A stretch of DNA of 64,000 bases from an archaeon. Lineage in GTDB: Archaea > Nanobdellota > Nanobdellia > Woesearchaeales > GW2011-AR9. This document shows, piece by piece, positions 1-9,831 of this stretch (the stretch's first letter is position 1; every line of letters begins with the position of its first letter). The position numbers and the translations under genes are program-made. Under the pieces are notes generated by a model that did no database searches, had not been told where the DNA came from, and saw only the letters and a list, made by a program, of their open reading frames with translations. The stretch is from positions 1,802 through 65,801 of the forward strand of contig JABHQR010000013.1 of the NCBI GenBank assembly GCA_018696395.1, given 5' to 3'.

Positions 1-2
1 CT

Positions 3-182
3 GGTTTTTTAGCAGGGGTCATTGAAAAAAATGAAATTAAATATGCTATTAAATTAGGTCAAGCAAATGCTTCATCTGTAATTCAACATATGGGAACAAA
101 AAATAAGTTACTAACAAAAAAACAAGCTATTAATTTTATTAAGAAACATAAAATTAAAGTTAAAAAATGCAAAAATAAGTAG
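3..182 (+). CDS. PfkB/ribokinase-family carbohydrate kinase, C-terminal part (gene truncated by window edge)
   Basis: Manual translation GFLAGVIEKNEIKYAIKLGQANASSVIQHMGTK...stop at 180-182 fits the PfkB C-terminal 'GF.aG...A...anA.as.v...G' pattern; sits upstream of fba. Confidence 0.65.
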   Translation, partial: GFLAGVIEKNEIKYAIKLGQANASSVIQHMGTKNKLLTKKQAINFIKKHKIKVKKCKNK

Positions 183-203
183 AATACTGATTAAAAAAGA
201 AAA

Positions 204-1118
204 ATGTTAGCCAATACTAAAAAAATACTTGAAAAAGCAAGAAAAGAAAATTATGCAGTCGGACATTTCAATATCAATAATATGGAAACTGTTCAAGCAA
301 TAGTTAAAGCTGCAGAAAATTTAAAATCCCCTGTAATTCTTGCAATCTCAGAAGGTGCAATAAAATATGCTGGATTAGAATATCTTTACAATTTGGCATT
401 AATATCTTCTAAAAATAGTAAAGTTCCGATTGCATTACATTTAGATCATGGTAAAGATTTAAAAATTATTAAAAGATGTATCAAGATAGGATTCTCTTCA
501 GTTATGATTGATGCATCACATGAAAATTTTGAAACAAATATTAATTTAACTAAAAAAATTGTAAAATTGGCACATAAAAAAAAGATATCTGTAGAAGCAG
601 AACTTGGAACAATTGGGGGCATTGAAGATTATGTTTCATCAAAAAAAATTATTTATACTGACCCCTATAAAGCAGAAGAGTTTGTTAAAAGAACAGGTTG
701 TGATTTTTTAGCAGTTGCAATAGGTACTTCACATGGTGCTTACAAATTTAAAGGAAAAGCTCATTTGAAAATTGACATATTAAAACAAATTCAAAATAAA
801 GTTAAAATACCATTAGTTCTTCATGGAGCTTCTTCAGTTCCAAAAAATATTGTGAATTTAGCCGAAAAGTATGGTGCAAACCTTAAAGGAGTTAAAGGGG
901 TTCCAGAAAAACAACTTACTACTTCAGTTAAAAACGGGATTTGTAAAGTTAATACTGATACTGATTTAAGAATATCTTTTGATGCTGCAGTAAGAAAAGT
1001 TATCAAAAATCAACCAAAAGATTTTGATCCAAGACATATTTTAGGACCAGCAAGAGACTTAATACAAAAAACTGTTGAAAGAAAGATTAAAATACTAGGT
1101 TCAGATAATAAAGCTTAA
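204..1118 (+). CDS. fba: Class II fructose-1,6-bisphosphate aldolase
   Basis: ALHLDHG, FSSVMIDAS, VEAELG, AIGTSHGAYK, LVLHGASS, KVNTDTD motifs. Confidence 0.95.
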   Translation: MLANTKKILEKARKENYAVGHFNINNMETVQAIVKAAENLKSPVILAISEGAIKYAGLEYLYNLALISSKNSKVPIALHLDHGKDLKIIKRCIKIGFSSVMIDASHENFETNINLTKKIVKLAHKKKISVEAELGTIGGIEDYVSSKKIIYTDPYKAEEFVKRTGCDFLAVAIGTSHGAYKFKGKAHLKIDILKQIQNKVKIPLVLHGASSVPKNIVNLAEKYGANLKGVKGVPEKQLTTSVKNGICKVNTDTDLRISFDAAVRKVIKNQPKDFDPRHILGPARDLIQKTVERKIKILGSDNKA

Positions 1119-1142
1119 GAAGATTAATATTGGTTAAAAATA

Positions 1143-1796
1143 ATGGAAAAAGAAAAAGTAGAGATTAAGAAAAAATCAAACAATAAGATACAGATCCCTA
1201 AGAAAAAAACAGTAATAAAGACAAATCATCTAAAAGGAAATGTTAATAAGAATAAAATTGTAAAAACAGTTAATAAAACAAAAACATCAAAAATAATTCA
1301 TACTAACAAAAATAAGGATAAAAAAATTAACAGGATAAAAAAGAAACCAGAATATAAAGGAAAAACGATATATATTGGTTCAGATCATGCTGGATTTAAA
1401 CTTAAAGAAAAAATAAAAGAATGGTTAATCAATTCAAATATGCCTTTCTTAGATTTAGGTAACACTATTCTTGACAAAAATGATGATTACCCTGATTTTG
1501 CGATTAAAGTTTCTAACTTAACTTCATCAAATAATTCTAAAGGGATATTGGTTTGTGGATCTGGACAAGGAATGTGTATGGCAGCTAATAAAATAAAAGG
1601 AATTAGAGCAGGAATTGCTTACACAGTTAGAGATGCAAGATTGTTAAGAGAACATAATAATGCCAATATCATGTGCCTTTCAGGTTGGGGAATGTCTTTT
1701 GAAGATTCTAAAAAAATGATTAAAAAATTTCTTGACACAGAATTTTCTTCAGAGCCAAGACATAAAAGAAGAATTGGCAAAATCATGGAGATATAA
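1143..1796 (+). CDS. rpiB: Ribose-5-phosphate isomerase B with Lys-rich N-terminal extension
   Basis: IGSDHAGF, DYPDFA, CGSGQGM..AANK, HNNAN, RH.RR motifs. Confidence 0.93.
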   Translation: MEKEKVEIKKKSNNKIQIPKKKTVIKTNHLKGNVNKNKIVKTVNKTKTSKIIHTNKNKDKKINRIKKKPEYKGKTIYIGSDHAGFKLKEKIKEWLINSNMPFLDLGNTILDKNDDYPDFAIKVSNLTSSNNSKGILVCGSGQGMCMAANKIKGIRAGIAYTVRDARLLREHNNANIMCLSGWGMSFEDSKKMIKKFLDTEFSSEPRHKRRIGKIMEI

Positions 1797-1811
1797 TAAT
1801 CCTTAATTATA

Positions 1812-2273
1812 ATGATAATCAGAAAAGCAATTCCAAAAGATTTTGAAAAATTGAAAGATATTAAGAAAGAGTTTTACTTATGGGAATGTAAAAAAGATCC
1901 TAAACTACGGGTTGAATTTGCTAATAAAAATCTAGGGATAAGATTAGGAAAAAATTTGAGACAAAATAATGTCTCTTTCTTTATTGCAATTGAAAAAGGA
2001 GAAATTATTGCTTATTCTGGTGGAGAGATAGAAATAAATCCACCAACTCATAAAGAAAAATTTAAAGGACATTTGTTCAATTTGTATGTTAAACCTGATT
2101 ATAGGAAAAAAGGGATTGGAAAAAAGTTGATTCTAAAGATATTACATTGGTTTAAAAAAAACAAGATCAAAGAGATAGAATTGTATACTAAAGCAGATAA
2201 TATTAAAGCACAAAGTTTGTACAAAAAAAATGGTTTTAATGATTATTATTTAAAATTGGAAAAAAGGATTTAA
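1812..2273 (+). CDS. GNAT-family N-acetyltransferase
   Basis: LYVKPDYRKKGIGKKL acetyl-CoA motif A; N..A..LYKK.GF. Confidence 0.88.
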   Translation: MIIRKAIPKDFEKLKDIKKEFYLWECKKDPKLRVEFANKNLGIRLGKNLRQNNVSFFIAIEKGEIIAYSGGEIEINPPTHKEKFKGHLFNLYVKPDYRKKGIGKKLILKILHWFKKNKIKEIELYTKADNIKAQSLYKKNGFNDYYLKLEKRI

Positions 2274-2326
2274 TTTTTTAAAACAAGCAAAAAACTAAAT
2301 AATATCAATAATAATATAACTTAAAA

Positions 2327-2974
2327 ATGAAACAAAAAATCCTACCTTCAATCATGGCAAAAAGCCAAAAAGAACTTAACCAAGATTGTAAAAATTTAGA
2401 TAAGGTAGTTAAATATTTACATTTAGACGTTATAGATGGCAAATTTGCTAATAATAAAACATTTAATTTTAACTTTAAATTAAGTAATAAATTTTCTTAT
2501 ATATTACATTTGATGGTTAAAAAACCAGAACAATGGATTGAAAATAAAAATATTTTAAAAAGAAAAAATATTGAATTGATTATACCCCATTTTGAAGAGA
2601 TTAATAATGTTAAAAATTACATCCATTTTATTAAAAAGAAAAAAAGAAAAGTTTCTCTGGCAATTCTTCCTAAAACCAAAATTTCTTCAATCAAAAAATA
2701 TTTGATAAATTTAGATTATTTATTAATTTTAACAGTTCAACCTGGTTTTTATGGATCAAAATTCTTAAAATCCAATCTAAACAAAATTAAACAAGCTAAA
2801 AAAATAAATCCTAATTTACAAGTAATTGTCGATGGTGGAATTAATCCTGAAACAATTAAATTAGCTTTATTAGCTGGTGCGAATTATTTTGTATCAGGAT
2901 CTTATATAACCAAAATAGAAAATCCCAAACAAAGAATAAAGAATTTATTGCAAAGTATTAAAAGTGCTAAATGA
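2327..2974 (+). CDS. rpe: Ribulose-phosphate 3-epimerase
   Basis: ILPSIM, HLDVIDGKF, HLMV, VQPGFYG, VDGGIN, VSGS motifs. Confidence 0.93.
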   Translation: MKQKILPSIMAKSQKELNQDCKNLDKVVKYLHLDVIDGKFANNKTFNFNFKLSNKFSYILHLMVKKPEQWIENKNILKRKNIELIIPHFEEINNVKNYIHFIKKKKRKVSLAILPKTKISSIKKYLINLDYLLILTVQPGFYGSKFLKSNLNKIKQAKKINPNLQVIVDGGINPETIKLALLAGANYFVSGSYITKIENPKQRIKNLLQSIKSAK

Positions 2975-3030
2975 TTAACAGAATATTAATAAATTATTAA
3001 TATAACTATTTTAATTTTATAGGGATAAAG

Positions 3031-3873
3031 ATGTTAACAAAAAAAGAATTGAAAGAATTAAAATTAAAGTCTAATTCTGTTCGTATTAATATTATTAAAA
3101 TGATTTCTGAATCAAAATCAGGGCATCCTGCTGGATCATTAGGAATTGTAGACATATTAATCACGTTATATTCTAAATTAATTAAACATAATCCTAAAAA
3201 ACCTAATTGGAATAAAAGAGACAGATTTATTCTTTCACCAGGCCATGTTTGCCCAGCATTATATGCCACTTTAGCAGAAGAAGGATATTTCAAAAAAGAA
3301 GAATTAATAACTTTACGTAAACTAGGTTCAAAATTACAAGGTCACCCCCACAAAGAAGATCTTCAAGGAATAGAATTAAGTACAGCTTCTTTAGGACAAG
3401 GACTTGGTGCAGCAGTAGGAATAGCATTAGGATTAAAACTTAACAAAAGTAAAAATTATGTTTATTGTATTTCAAGTGATGGAGAACATGATGAAGGTTC
3501 TGTATGGGAAGCAGTTAATGCAGCAAATAAATATAAGTTAAATAATTTAATTAACATTATTGATGTTAATAACATCCAAATATGTGGCTATACTAAAGAT
3601 GTCTGGCCATTAGAATCATTTAAAGCAAAATATGAATCATTTAATTGGAAAGTAATTGAAATTAATGGTAATAATCATTGCCAGATTGTTAGTGCAATTG
3701 AAAAAGCCAAGAAATTGAATTACCCTGTTTGTATTGTTGCTTATACTGTCCCAGGTAAAGGAGTATCTTTTATGGAACATAAATATCAATGGCATGGTAA
3801 AGCGCCAAATCAAGAAGAAAAAGAGTCAGCATTACAAGAGTTAGAAAAAGAAAGGGAATTGATTATTAAATAA
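3031..3873 (+). CDS. Transketolase, N-terminal (TPP-binding) subunit
   Basis: SGHPAGSLG, RDRFILSPGH, LQGHP, SLGQGLG, SDGEHDEG, WHGKAP. Confidence 0.95.
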   Translation: MLTKKELKELKLKSNSVRINIIKMISESKSGHPAGSLGIVDILITLYSKLIKHNPKKPNWNKRDRFILSPGHVCPALYATLAEEGYFKKEELITLRKLGSKLQGHPHKEDLQGIELSTASLGQGLGAAVGIALGLKLNKSKNYVYCISSDGEHDEGSVWEAVNAANKYKLNNLINIIDVNNIQICGYTKDVWPLESFKAKYESFNWKVIEINGNNHCQIVSAIEKAKKLNYPVCIVAYTVPGKGVSFMEHKYQWHGKAPNQEEKESALQELEKERELIIK

Positions 3874-3923
3874 AAATAGTTTTAATTTAAAATTAAATAG
3901 AATAAAATGGTTAAACAAAACAA

Positions 3924-4871
3924 ATGGATTCAGTTAGAGAACTAAAATCTACCAGGCAAGGATTTGGGAAAGCATTGTTAGAGTTAGGTAAGAAAAATAA
4001 AAAAGTTGTTGTGTTAAGTGCAGATCTTACTAGTTCTGTCCAAGCACATAAATTTGAAGAAAAGTATCCAACCAGATTCTTTCAAGCAGGTGTTGCAGAA
4101 CAAAATATGATCAGTATGGCGACAGGATTATCTTTAGAAAGTTTTATTCCATTTGCAACTTCGTTCGGAGTGTTTGTTCCAATGAGATGTCTTGACCAGA
4201 TTAGAGTTAGTGTTTGTTATAATAATTCTAATGTCAAACTAGTTGGAAGTCATTGCGGATTATCTACTGGTGAAGATGGCGCCACACATCAAGCGCTAGA
4301 GGATGTGGCTTCTTTAAGATCTTTACCAAACATGACAATCATTGAACCCTGTGATTATAATCAAACAATTTTAGCAACAAAAGCTATTGTTAACATGAAT
4401 GGTCCTGCCTATTTAAGGATCCATAGGCCTAAAATGAAACAGTTAACCAAAATAAGTTCTAAGTTTAAAATTGGAAAAGCAGATATAATTCAAAAAGGAG
4501 AAAAATTAACTATCATTACTTCTGGGCCAGTATTAGTGGAAGTTATCAAAGCCAGTAAAATTTTGGTTAAGGAAAAAATAATTAACTTTAAACCAGAAAT
4601 TATTAATTGCCACACTATTAAACCAATTGATTATAAAACAATAATTAATTCAGTTAAAAAAACAAATAAAGTCTTAGTAATTCAAGACCACCAGATTGTA
4701 GGAGGATTAGGTTCTTCAGTTTGTGAAGTTTTAAGTCAACATTTTCCTGCACCGGTGAAAATATTGGGTATGAAAGATAAATTTGGAGAATCCGGTAGTC
4801 CAAAAGAATTATGGCATAGGTATGGTTTAGATCATGAAGGGATTATGAGGGAGATAAAGAAGTTTGTTTAA
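3924..4871 (+). CDS. Transketolase, C-terminal subunit
   Basis: GVAEQNM, GEDGATHQ, GPAYLR, GGLGS, DKFGESG. Confidence 0.95.
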   Translation: MDSVRELKSTRQGFGKALLELGKKNKKVVVLSADLTSSVQAHKFEEKYPTRFFQAGVAEQNMISMATGLSLESFIPFATSFGVFVPMRCLDQIRVSVCYNNSNVKLVGSHCGLSTGEDGATHQALEDVASLRSLPNMTIIEPCDYNQTILATKAIVNMNGPAYLRIHRPKMKQLTKISSKFKIGKADIIQKGEKLTIITSGPVLVEVIKASKILVKEKIINFKPEIINCHTIKPIDYKTIINSVKKTNKVLVIQDHQIVGGLGSSVCEVLSQHFPAPVKILGMKDKFGESGSPKELWHRYGLDHEGIMREIKKFV

Positions 4872-4912
4872 ATATTGTAAAAAATCCGATTAGGTAAAAC
4901 CAAATATTAACT

Positions 4913-4927
4913 CGAAATCTTTAAAAA
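4913..4927 (+). promoter_or_regulatory. Putative archaeal BRE+TATA promoter for endA (likely leaderless mRNA)
   Basis: CGAAATC-TTTAAAAA ends ~22 bp before the ATG at 4950. Confidence 0.45.
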
Positions 4928-4949
4928 AAGGCTTCTAATTCAGTTAATT

Positions 4950-5702
4950 ATGGCAACTAAACAAAAAACTCTTGGTGAAGCAGCAGTGACTGAAACTTCT
5001 ACAGGAAAAAAAGAAAAAAAACAAACTCAACCAGCAGAAATTAAACAAGTTGAGTTAGGTACAGCTAAAAAAGAAAAAAGTAAAGTAGATGATAAATCAA
5101 ACAATTCTAAAAAGAAAAAAGTTCCTTCTAGAAAATCAAAAGATAAAAAGGAAAATAACAACCAGGTTAAGAAAAAGATCCTAATAAGAACCATTCTTTG
5201 TAGTGAAAAAGTGATCACAGAATCTTCTGATGAAGCAAGATCCTTGAATAATCAATCTTGTTTTGGAAGTTTTGGTGATAATGGTAAAATTGAGTTATCA
5301 TTATTAGAAGGACTTTACTTAATGGAAAAAGGTAAAATTGAAATTAAAAGTGAAGCTGGAAGAAAAATTAATTTTGAATCCTACGTTAGAAGAGCACGAA
5401 AAATTGAACCTAATTTTTGGACAAGATATAGGGTTTTCAAAGATATTAGAAACAGAGGTTACATTATCAAAACTGCACTTAAATTTGGAGCAGATTTTAG
5501 AGTTTATGATAGAGGCATTAAACCAGGTGAAGATCATGCAAGATGGATTGTTTACCCAGTACATGAAGGCGAAACTTTAACTTGGTACGAATTTGCAGCT
5601 AAAAATAGAGTAGCACACAGTACTAAGAAACGTCTTTTGATGGGTATCGTGGATGATGAGGGAGATGTGACTTATTACGAAATCAGATGGTTAAGACCTT
5701 GA
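4950..5702 (+). CDS. endA: tRNA-intron (splicing) endonuclease, single catalytic unit with Lys-rich N-terminal extension
   Basis: LSLLEGLYL, KFGADFRVY (Tyr), EDHA (His), RVAHSTKK (Lys) catalytic triad; C-terminal YYEIRWLRP. Confidence 0.93.
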   Translation: MATKQKTLGEAAVTETSTGKKEKKQTQPAEIKQVELGTAKKEKSKVDDKSNNSKKKKVPSRKSKDKKENNNQVKKKILIRTILCSEKVITESSDEARSLNNQSCFGSFGDNGKIELSLLEGLYLMEKGKIEIKSEAGRKINFESYVRRARKIEPNFWTRYRVFKDIRNRGYIIKTALKFGADFRVYDRGIKPGEDHARWIVYPVHEGETLTWYEFAAKNRVAHSTKKRLLMGIVDDEGDVTYYEIRWLRP

Positions 5703-5725
5703 TTTAATTTTTCTTTATTTTCAAA

Positions 5726-6349
5726 ATGATCAAAAACATAATCTTTGACAGAAGTGGAACCCTTAGTAATGATATTAGACCAGTACATGAAGCTACTTGT
5801 ATAGTCTTCAGAGAACTAGGAAAAGAACCCATTTCAATTGAAGAATTTAAAAGAGAATTTACGTTACCTTACATGAATTTCTGGAACAAATATTTCCCAG
5901 ATTTAACTAAAAAAAAACAAGACAGATTATTTCTTGAAGCAATCCATAAAGTTAGTGAACCAGAACCATTTCCAGGGATAGAAGTATTGTTAGAAAAATT
6001 GTATAATAAAAAAATAAATATGGTTATTTTTAGTTCACACCCACAGAAAAAATTAGATAAAGAGATGTTAGATAACAACTTCACTCAATATTTTAAAGAA
6101 ATACTTGGAAGTACCCATGATAAAACTAAGTGTATTATGAAAGTTCTGAAAAGGAATAATTTCAAAAGGAATGAAACACTTTATGTTGGAGATATGGTTC
6201 ATGATATTAAAACTAGTAAAAAAGCAGGAATTAAAATATTAGCTGTATCATGGGGTTATGATAGTAAAGAGAAATTATCGCAAGCAAACCCAGATTATTT
6301 AATTGAAAACTTAGATGAATTAAATAATATTTTGTTTAAGTTAGTTTAA
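5726..6349 (+). CDS. HAD-superfamily hydrolase (phosphoglycolate phosphatase-like)
   Basis: IIFDRSGTL motif I, YVGDMVHDI motif IV, VSWGY. Confidence 0.85.
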   Translation: MIKNIIFDRSGTLSNDIRPVHEATCIVFRELGKEPISIEEFKREFTLPYMNFWNKYFPDLTKKKQDRLFLEAIHKVSEPEPFPGIEVLLEKLYNKKINMVIFSSHPQKKLDKEMLDNNFTQYFKEILGSTHDKTKCIMKVLKRNNFKRNETLYVGDMVHDIKTSKKAGIKILAVSWGYDSKEKLSQANPDYLIENLDELNNILFKLV

Positions 6350-6650
6350 AGATCTCTCTCCCAATATCTTCTTTAATTTTTAGTAATATCTCTAAAGGAA
6401 ATTTTCTTTTATTGTAAGGAAAATAATTACTGGATGGGTTTAGACCATGTACAAAACCTAAATTATTATTTGCTTAAATATTTATTTAACTTTGAGAACA
6501 ATAATATTTTTAATTGATATAATTTGATAAACAAATATTCTAAATAAAAAGGTTCTTAAAATGGTTATTTACAATAATAATCAATCAAAACTATAAACCA
6601 GATAATTGAAAAATACTTCTCAGCAAGCAAAAACTATTTAAACATAGATT

Positions 6651-8156
6651 ATGACTTTTCAAAATATGAAGACTGAGGACAAAATTCTCAATTTTTTGAA
6701 ATATAGCGGACCTAGCCTAGCTATGAAAATAGCTAAGAATATTAAAGAAGATAGTATTATAGCTTCAGCTTACTTATCTGAACTAGCATCTAAAAGAAAA
6801 ATTAAAATTTCTAAACTAAAAATTGGAACTTCACCTTTATATTATTTACCTGGCCAAGAAGATCAACTAATTAGATTCACTCAAGAGATTAATCCAAAAA
6901 ATAGAGATGTATTAGAAAATTTACAAAAATGGAAAGTTCTAAGAGAAAATGATTTAGAACTTTTAGCTAAAGTTGCATTAAGATCATTACAAGATTTTGC
7001 AATACCATTACACGTAAATTTTAATGGCCAGAAAGAATTGTTCTGGAAATGGTATTTATTAGGTGATGATGAAACAAACAATATAATCTCCGACATTTTA
7101 ACAGGATTGACACCAATTACAAATAATGATACTAGATTAAATTCTAACAATCAAGAAGTTCAACCTGAACAAGTTAAAGTTGTCCAAACACAAGAAACAC
7201 AGCAAAATCATCAACATAATCAATATAATGAGATTGAACCAGAAAAGGAAGAAGTTAAATCTGAAGTTAAAGAAGTACCAAAAGAAGTTGTTCAAGAAAA
7301 AGAAGAAATCAAACAAGGAATAGAAATTAAAGAGATTCAGGAAAAACAACCTAATTTTGAATCTTATCCTCCTAACACTGCACAAAATATTGAACCATTA
7401 AATCGAAGTAATACTTATCCGCCAAATACTGCAATTACTGGGAGGGGTGGAAATGTTTGGCTAGATCAGAAAGAAATTAATTTAAACTCAGAAGAATCTA
7501 AAAGTGAAGTTAAAGAAGATTCAAAAGAAGTTGTAAAAGAAAAAGAAGAAATAAAAAAGGAAATTGAAGTTAAAACAGAAACTGAAATTAAAGAAATTAC
7601 AACAAAAGCTATTGACCATGAAAAAGATATAAAAAAACAGAATGAAAAAAATCAAATTAAGTTAAGTGATGTTAAGGAAAAAGAAACAGATAAAGAATAT
7701 GAAAAAAATGCTGATATTAAAGAGACTAAAGATTTAGAAAAAGTATCAGAAGATGAAAGACCTAAAGGTAAAAAATCGTTCATGTCAATTATTAAAGATA
7801 AATTTTCTAGTAAGTACAAAAAAAAGATTGATAAAGGTTTTTTAGATAAAGTAAGTAATTATTTAGACAGTTTAGATGTTAAAATTGAAAATAAAGAAAT
7901 TGTTAGAAAAAATTCTGAATTGAATTTTATAATTAATGTTCCATCAACAATTGGAAAAATTAAATATTTTTGTAAAGCAAAAAACAAAAATAAGTGTGAT
8001 GAAAAAGATTTATCAGCGGCCTATATGGAATCCCAGATGAAAAAGATGCCATTACTTTTTCTGTACAGTTGTGATATTAACAAGAAAGCAATTGAAATGT
8101 TAGAATCAAAAGCGTTTGATAATTTAATCATAAAAAGAATAGATAGAGAAGTATAA
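6651..8156 (+). CDS. Hypothetical protein: N-terminal winged-helix-like domain, long Glu/Lys-rich linker, globular C-terminus
   Basis: 501-aa ORF directly upstream of fen; 'SAYLSEL...KIGTSPLYYLPGQE' N-terminus; low-complexity middle. Confidence 0.7.
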   Translation: MTFQNMKTEDKILNFLKYSGPSLAMKIAKNIKEDSIIASAYLSELASKRKIKISKLKIGTSPLYYLPGQEDQLIRFTQEINPKNRDVLENLQKWKVLRENDLELLAKVALRSLQDFAIPLHVNFNGQKELFWKWYLLGDDETNNIISDILTGLTPITNNDTRLNSNNQEVQPEQVKVVQTQETQQNHQHNQYNEIEPEKEEVKSEVKEVPKEVVQEKEEIKQGIEIKEIQEKQPNFESYPPNTAQNIEPLNRSNTYPPNTAITGRGGNVWLDQKEINLNSEESKSEVKEDSKEVVKEKEEIKKEIEVKTETEIKEITTKAIDHEKDIKKQNEKNQIKLSDVKEKETDKEYEKNADIKETKDLEKVSEDERPKGKKSFMSIIKDKFSSKYKKKIDKGFLDKVSNYLDSLDVKIENKEIVRKNSELNFIINVPSTIGKIKYFCKAKNKNKCDEKDLSAAYMESQMKKMPLLFLYSCDINKKAIEMLESKAFDNLIIKRIDREV

Positions 8157-8158
8157 GA

Positions 8159-9196
8159 ATGGGTTTAAAAATTAAAGATATTATTGTTAAAGAAGAAATC
8201 AGCATCAGAGATTTAAATAAAAAAATAGTTGCCATTGATACAATGAACATGTTGTACCAATTTCTTACAACCATAAGACAACCAGATGGTAAAGTGCTAA
8301 CTAATAGTAAAGGAAAAGTCACCTCGCATTTGATAGGATTATTTAGTAGAACAACCCATTTTATGGAAAGAGGTTTAAAACCAGTATTTGTATTTGATGG
8401 AAAAGCTCCAGAAATAAAAATTAAAACTTGGGAAAAAAGAACAGCTATCAAAAAGGAAGCGTCATTAAAATTACAAGAGGCGGAAGAAGCTGGCGATATT
8501 GAAGCTATGAGAAAATTTTCTTCAAGAACTGTTAAGTTAGATAAAGAAATGATTGAAGATTCTAAAAGATTGATTAAATCTTTAGGGTTACCAATAGTTC
8601 AAGCAAAATCAGAAGGTGAAGCACAAACTGCTTATATGGTAAAAACAGGTGTAGCTTATGCATCCATATCACAAGATTATGATAATTTAATTTTTGGATG
8701 CCCATTATTGGTAAGAAATCTTTCCATTGAAGGTAAAAGAAAAAAAGTGGGTAAATTTGCTTACAAAACTGTTAAACCAGAAGCAATTAAATTAGAAGAA
8801 GTTTTGAAAAAGTTAGATATTACCCATAACCAATTAATTGTCCTTGCAATTTTAGTAGGAACAGATTATAATCCAGATGGAATAAAAGGTATTGGACAAA
8901 AAAAAGCATTGAAATTAATTAAGGAACAAAGAGATAATTTTAATAAAATATTTGAAATTGTTGAATGGGGAAAAAATTGTCCAGAAATTTCTTGGAAAGA
9001 AATATATGATACAATCAAAAACATACCAGTAAGTGATGAACAAAATTTAGAGTGGCACAAAATTAATGATGAAGAAGTTATTAATTTATTAGTTGATGAA
9101 TATGAATTTGGAAGAGACAGGGTAGAAAGTAAATTAGAGAAACTTAGAAAACAACAAGGTGAACTTAAACAAACAGGGTTGAATAGTTTCTTTTGA
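8159..9196 (+). CDS. fen: Flap endonuclease 1
   Basis: AIDTMNMLYQFLTTIRQPDG, VFVFDG, EGEAQ, SQDYD, GTDYNPDGIKGIG, C-terminal PIP box QTGLNSFF. Confidence 0.96.
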   Translation: MGLKIKDIIVKEEISIRDLNKKIVAIDTMNMLYQFLTTIRQPDGKVLTNSKGKVTSHLIGLFSRTTHFMERGLKPVFVFDGKAPEIKIKTWEKRTAIKKEASLKLQEAEEAGDIEAMRKFSSRTVKLDKEMIEDSKRLIKSLGLPIVQAKSEGEAQTAYMVKTGVAYASISQDYDNLIFGCPLLVRNLSIEGKRKKVGKFAYKTVKPEAIKLEEVLKKLDITHNQLIVLAILVGTDYNPDGIKGIGQKKALKLIKEQRDNFNKIFEIVEWGKNCPEISWKEIYDTIKNIPVSDEQNLEWHKINDEEVINLLVDEYEFGRDRVESKLEKLRKQQGELKQTGLNSFF

Positions 9197-9233
9197 GAGT
9201 TAGACAAATTTTAAAAAATAAAAAGAAAAAAAC

Positions 9234-9728
9234 CTATTCACCAAGAACAGTTAAATTAGCAGTTTCATATTCTGTTCCACTAATTAAAATTTTACGACCT
9301 TCTAGATCATTAGTTCTATTAGCTATTACTTGGGCTGCTAATCGAGTCATATTAGAATCATAACCCCTAACAATCATAGTAGTGTAACCAGTATCATGAA
9401 ATGATAATTCAATTAAAGCTTGATTTTCACTAAGACCAAATTCACATTCAGTAGTGTTTAAAATATCAGCAGTTACTGAATTATCACAAGGCATACCTAC
9501 GCTAATTAAATTTTGTGCAGTGTAATCATTAATTTCATTATCAAGCTTTGTTACATCTACAACTTCAACTTGTTCAATTTCACCATCATTGTTAGTATAC
9601 TGCATGTTTACTGCAATGTCAACCATAGCCAGAGAATCAATAGAAGGAGAATTTTCGCCAACTACAAAATAACTGTTAAATTCACCACCCAGAAGTAATA
9701 GTATTGATTGGGTGAATTTAATGATCAA
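9234..9728 (-). CDS. S-layer-protein-like fragment (no clear signal peptide; possibly truncated)
   Basis: FVVGENSPSIDSLAMVDIA and KLDNEI...QNLISVGMPCDNSV resemble terminal segments of archaeal S-layer proteins; TTG start. Confidence 0.5.
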   Translation of the reverse strand: MIIKFTQSILLLLGGEFNSYFVVGENSPSIDSLAMVDIAVNMQYTNNDGEIEQVEVVDVTKLDNEINDYTAQNLISVGMPCDNSVTADILNTTECEFGLSENQALIELSFHDTGYTTMIVRGYDSNMTRLAAQVIANRTNDLEGRKILISGTEYETANLTVLGE

Positions 9729-9831
9729 TATGTCACACCACCACCAAACATATTTTATTCTAAATCCCCTTATAGTTCTATTGTAAGACTATTAAGTCAC
9801 AGACTAGAGGTGTTAGTTTGGATAATGAAAA

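Noticed and set aside
6350-6650. Replication origin or ncRNA in the 300-bp AT-rich gap
   Set aside because: No ORB-like repeats with G-strings, no adjacent orc1/cdc6, and no convincing stable structure
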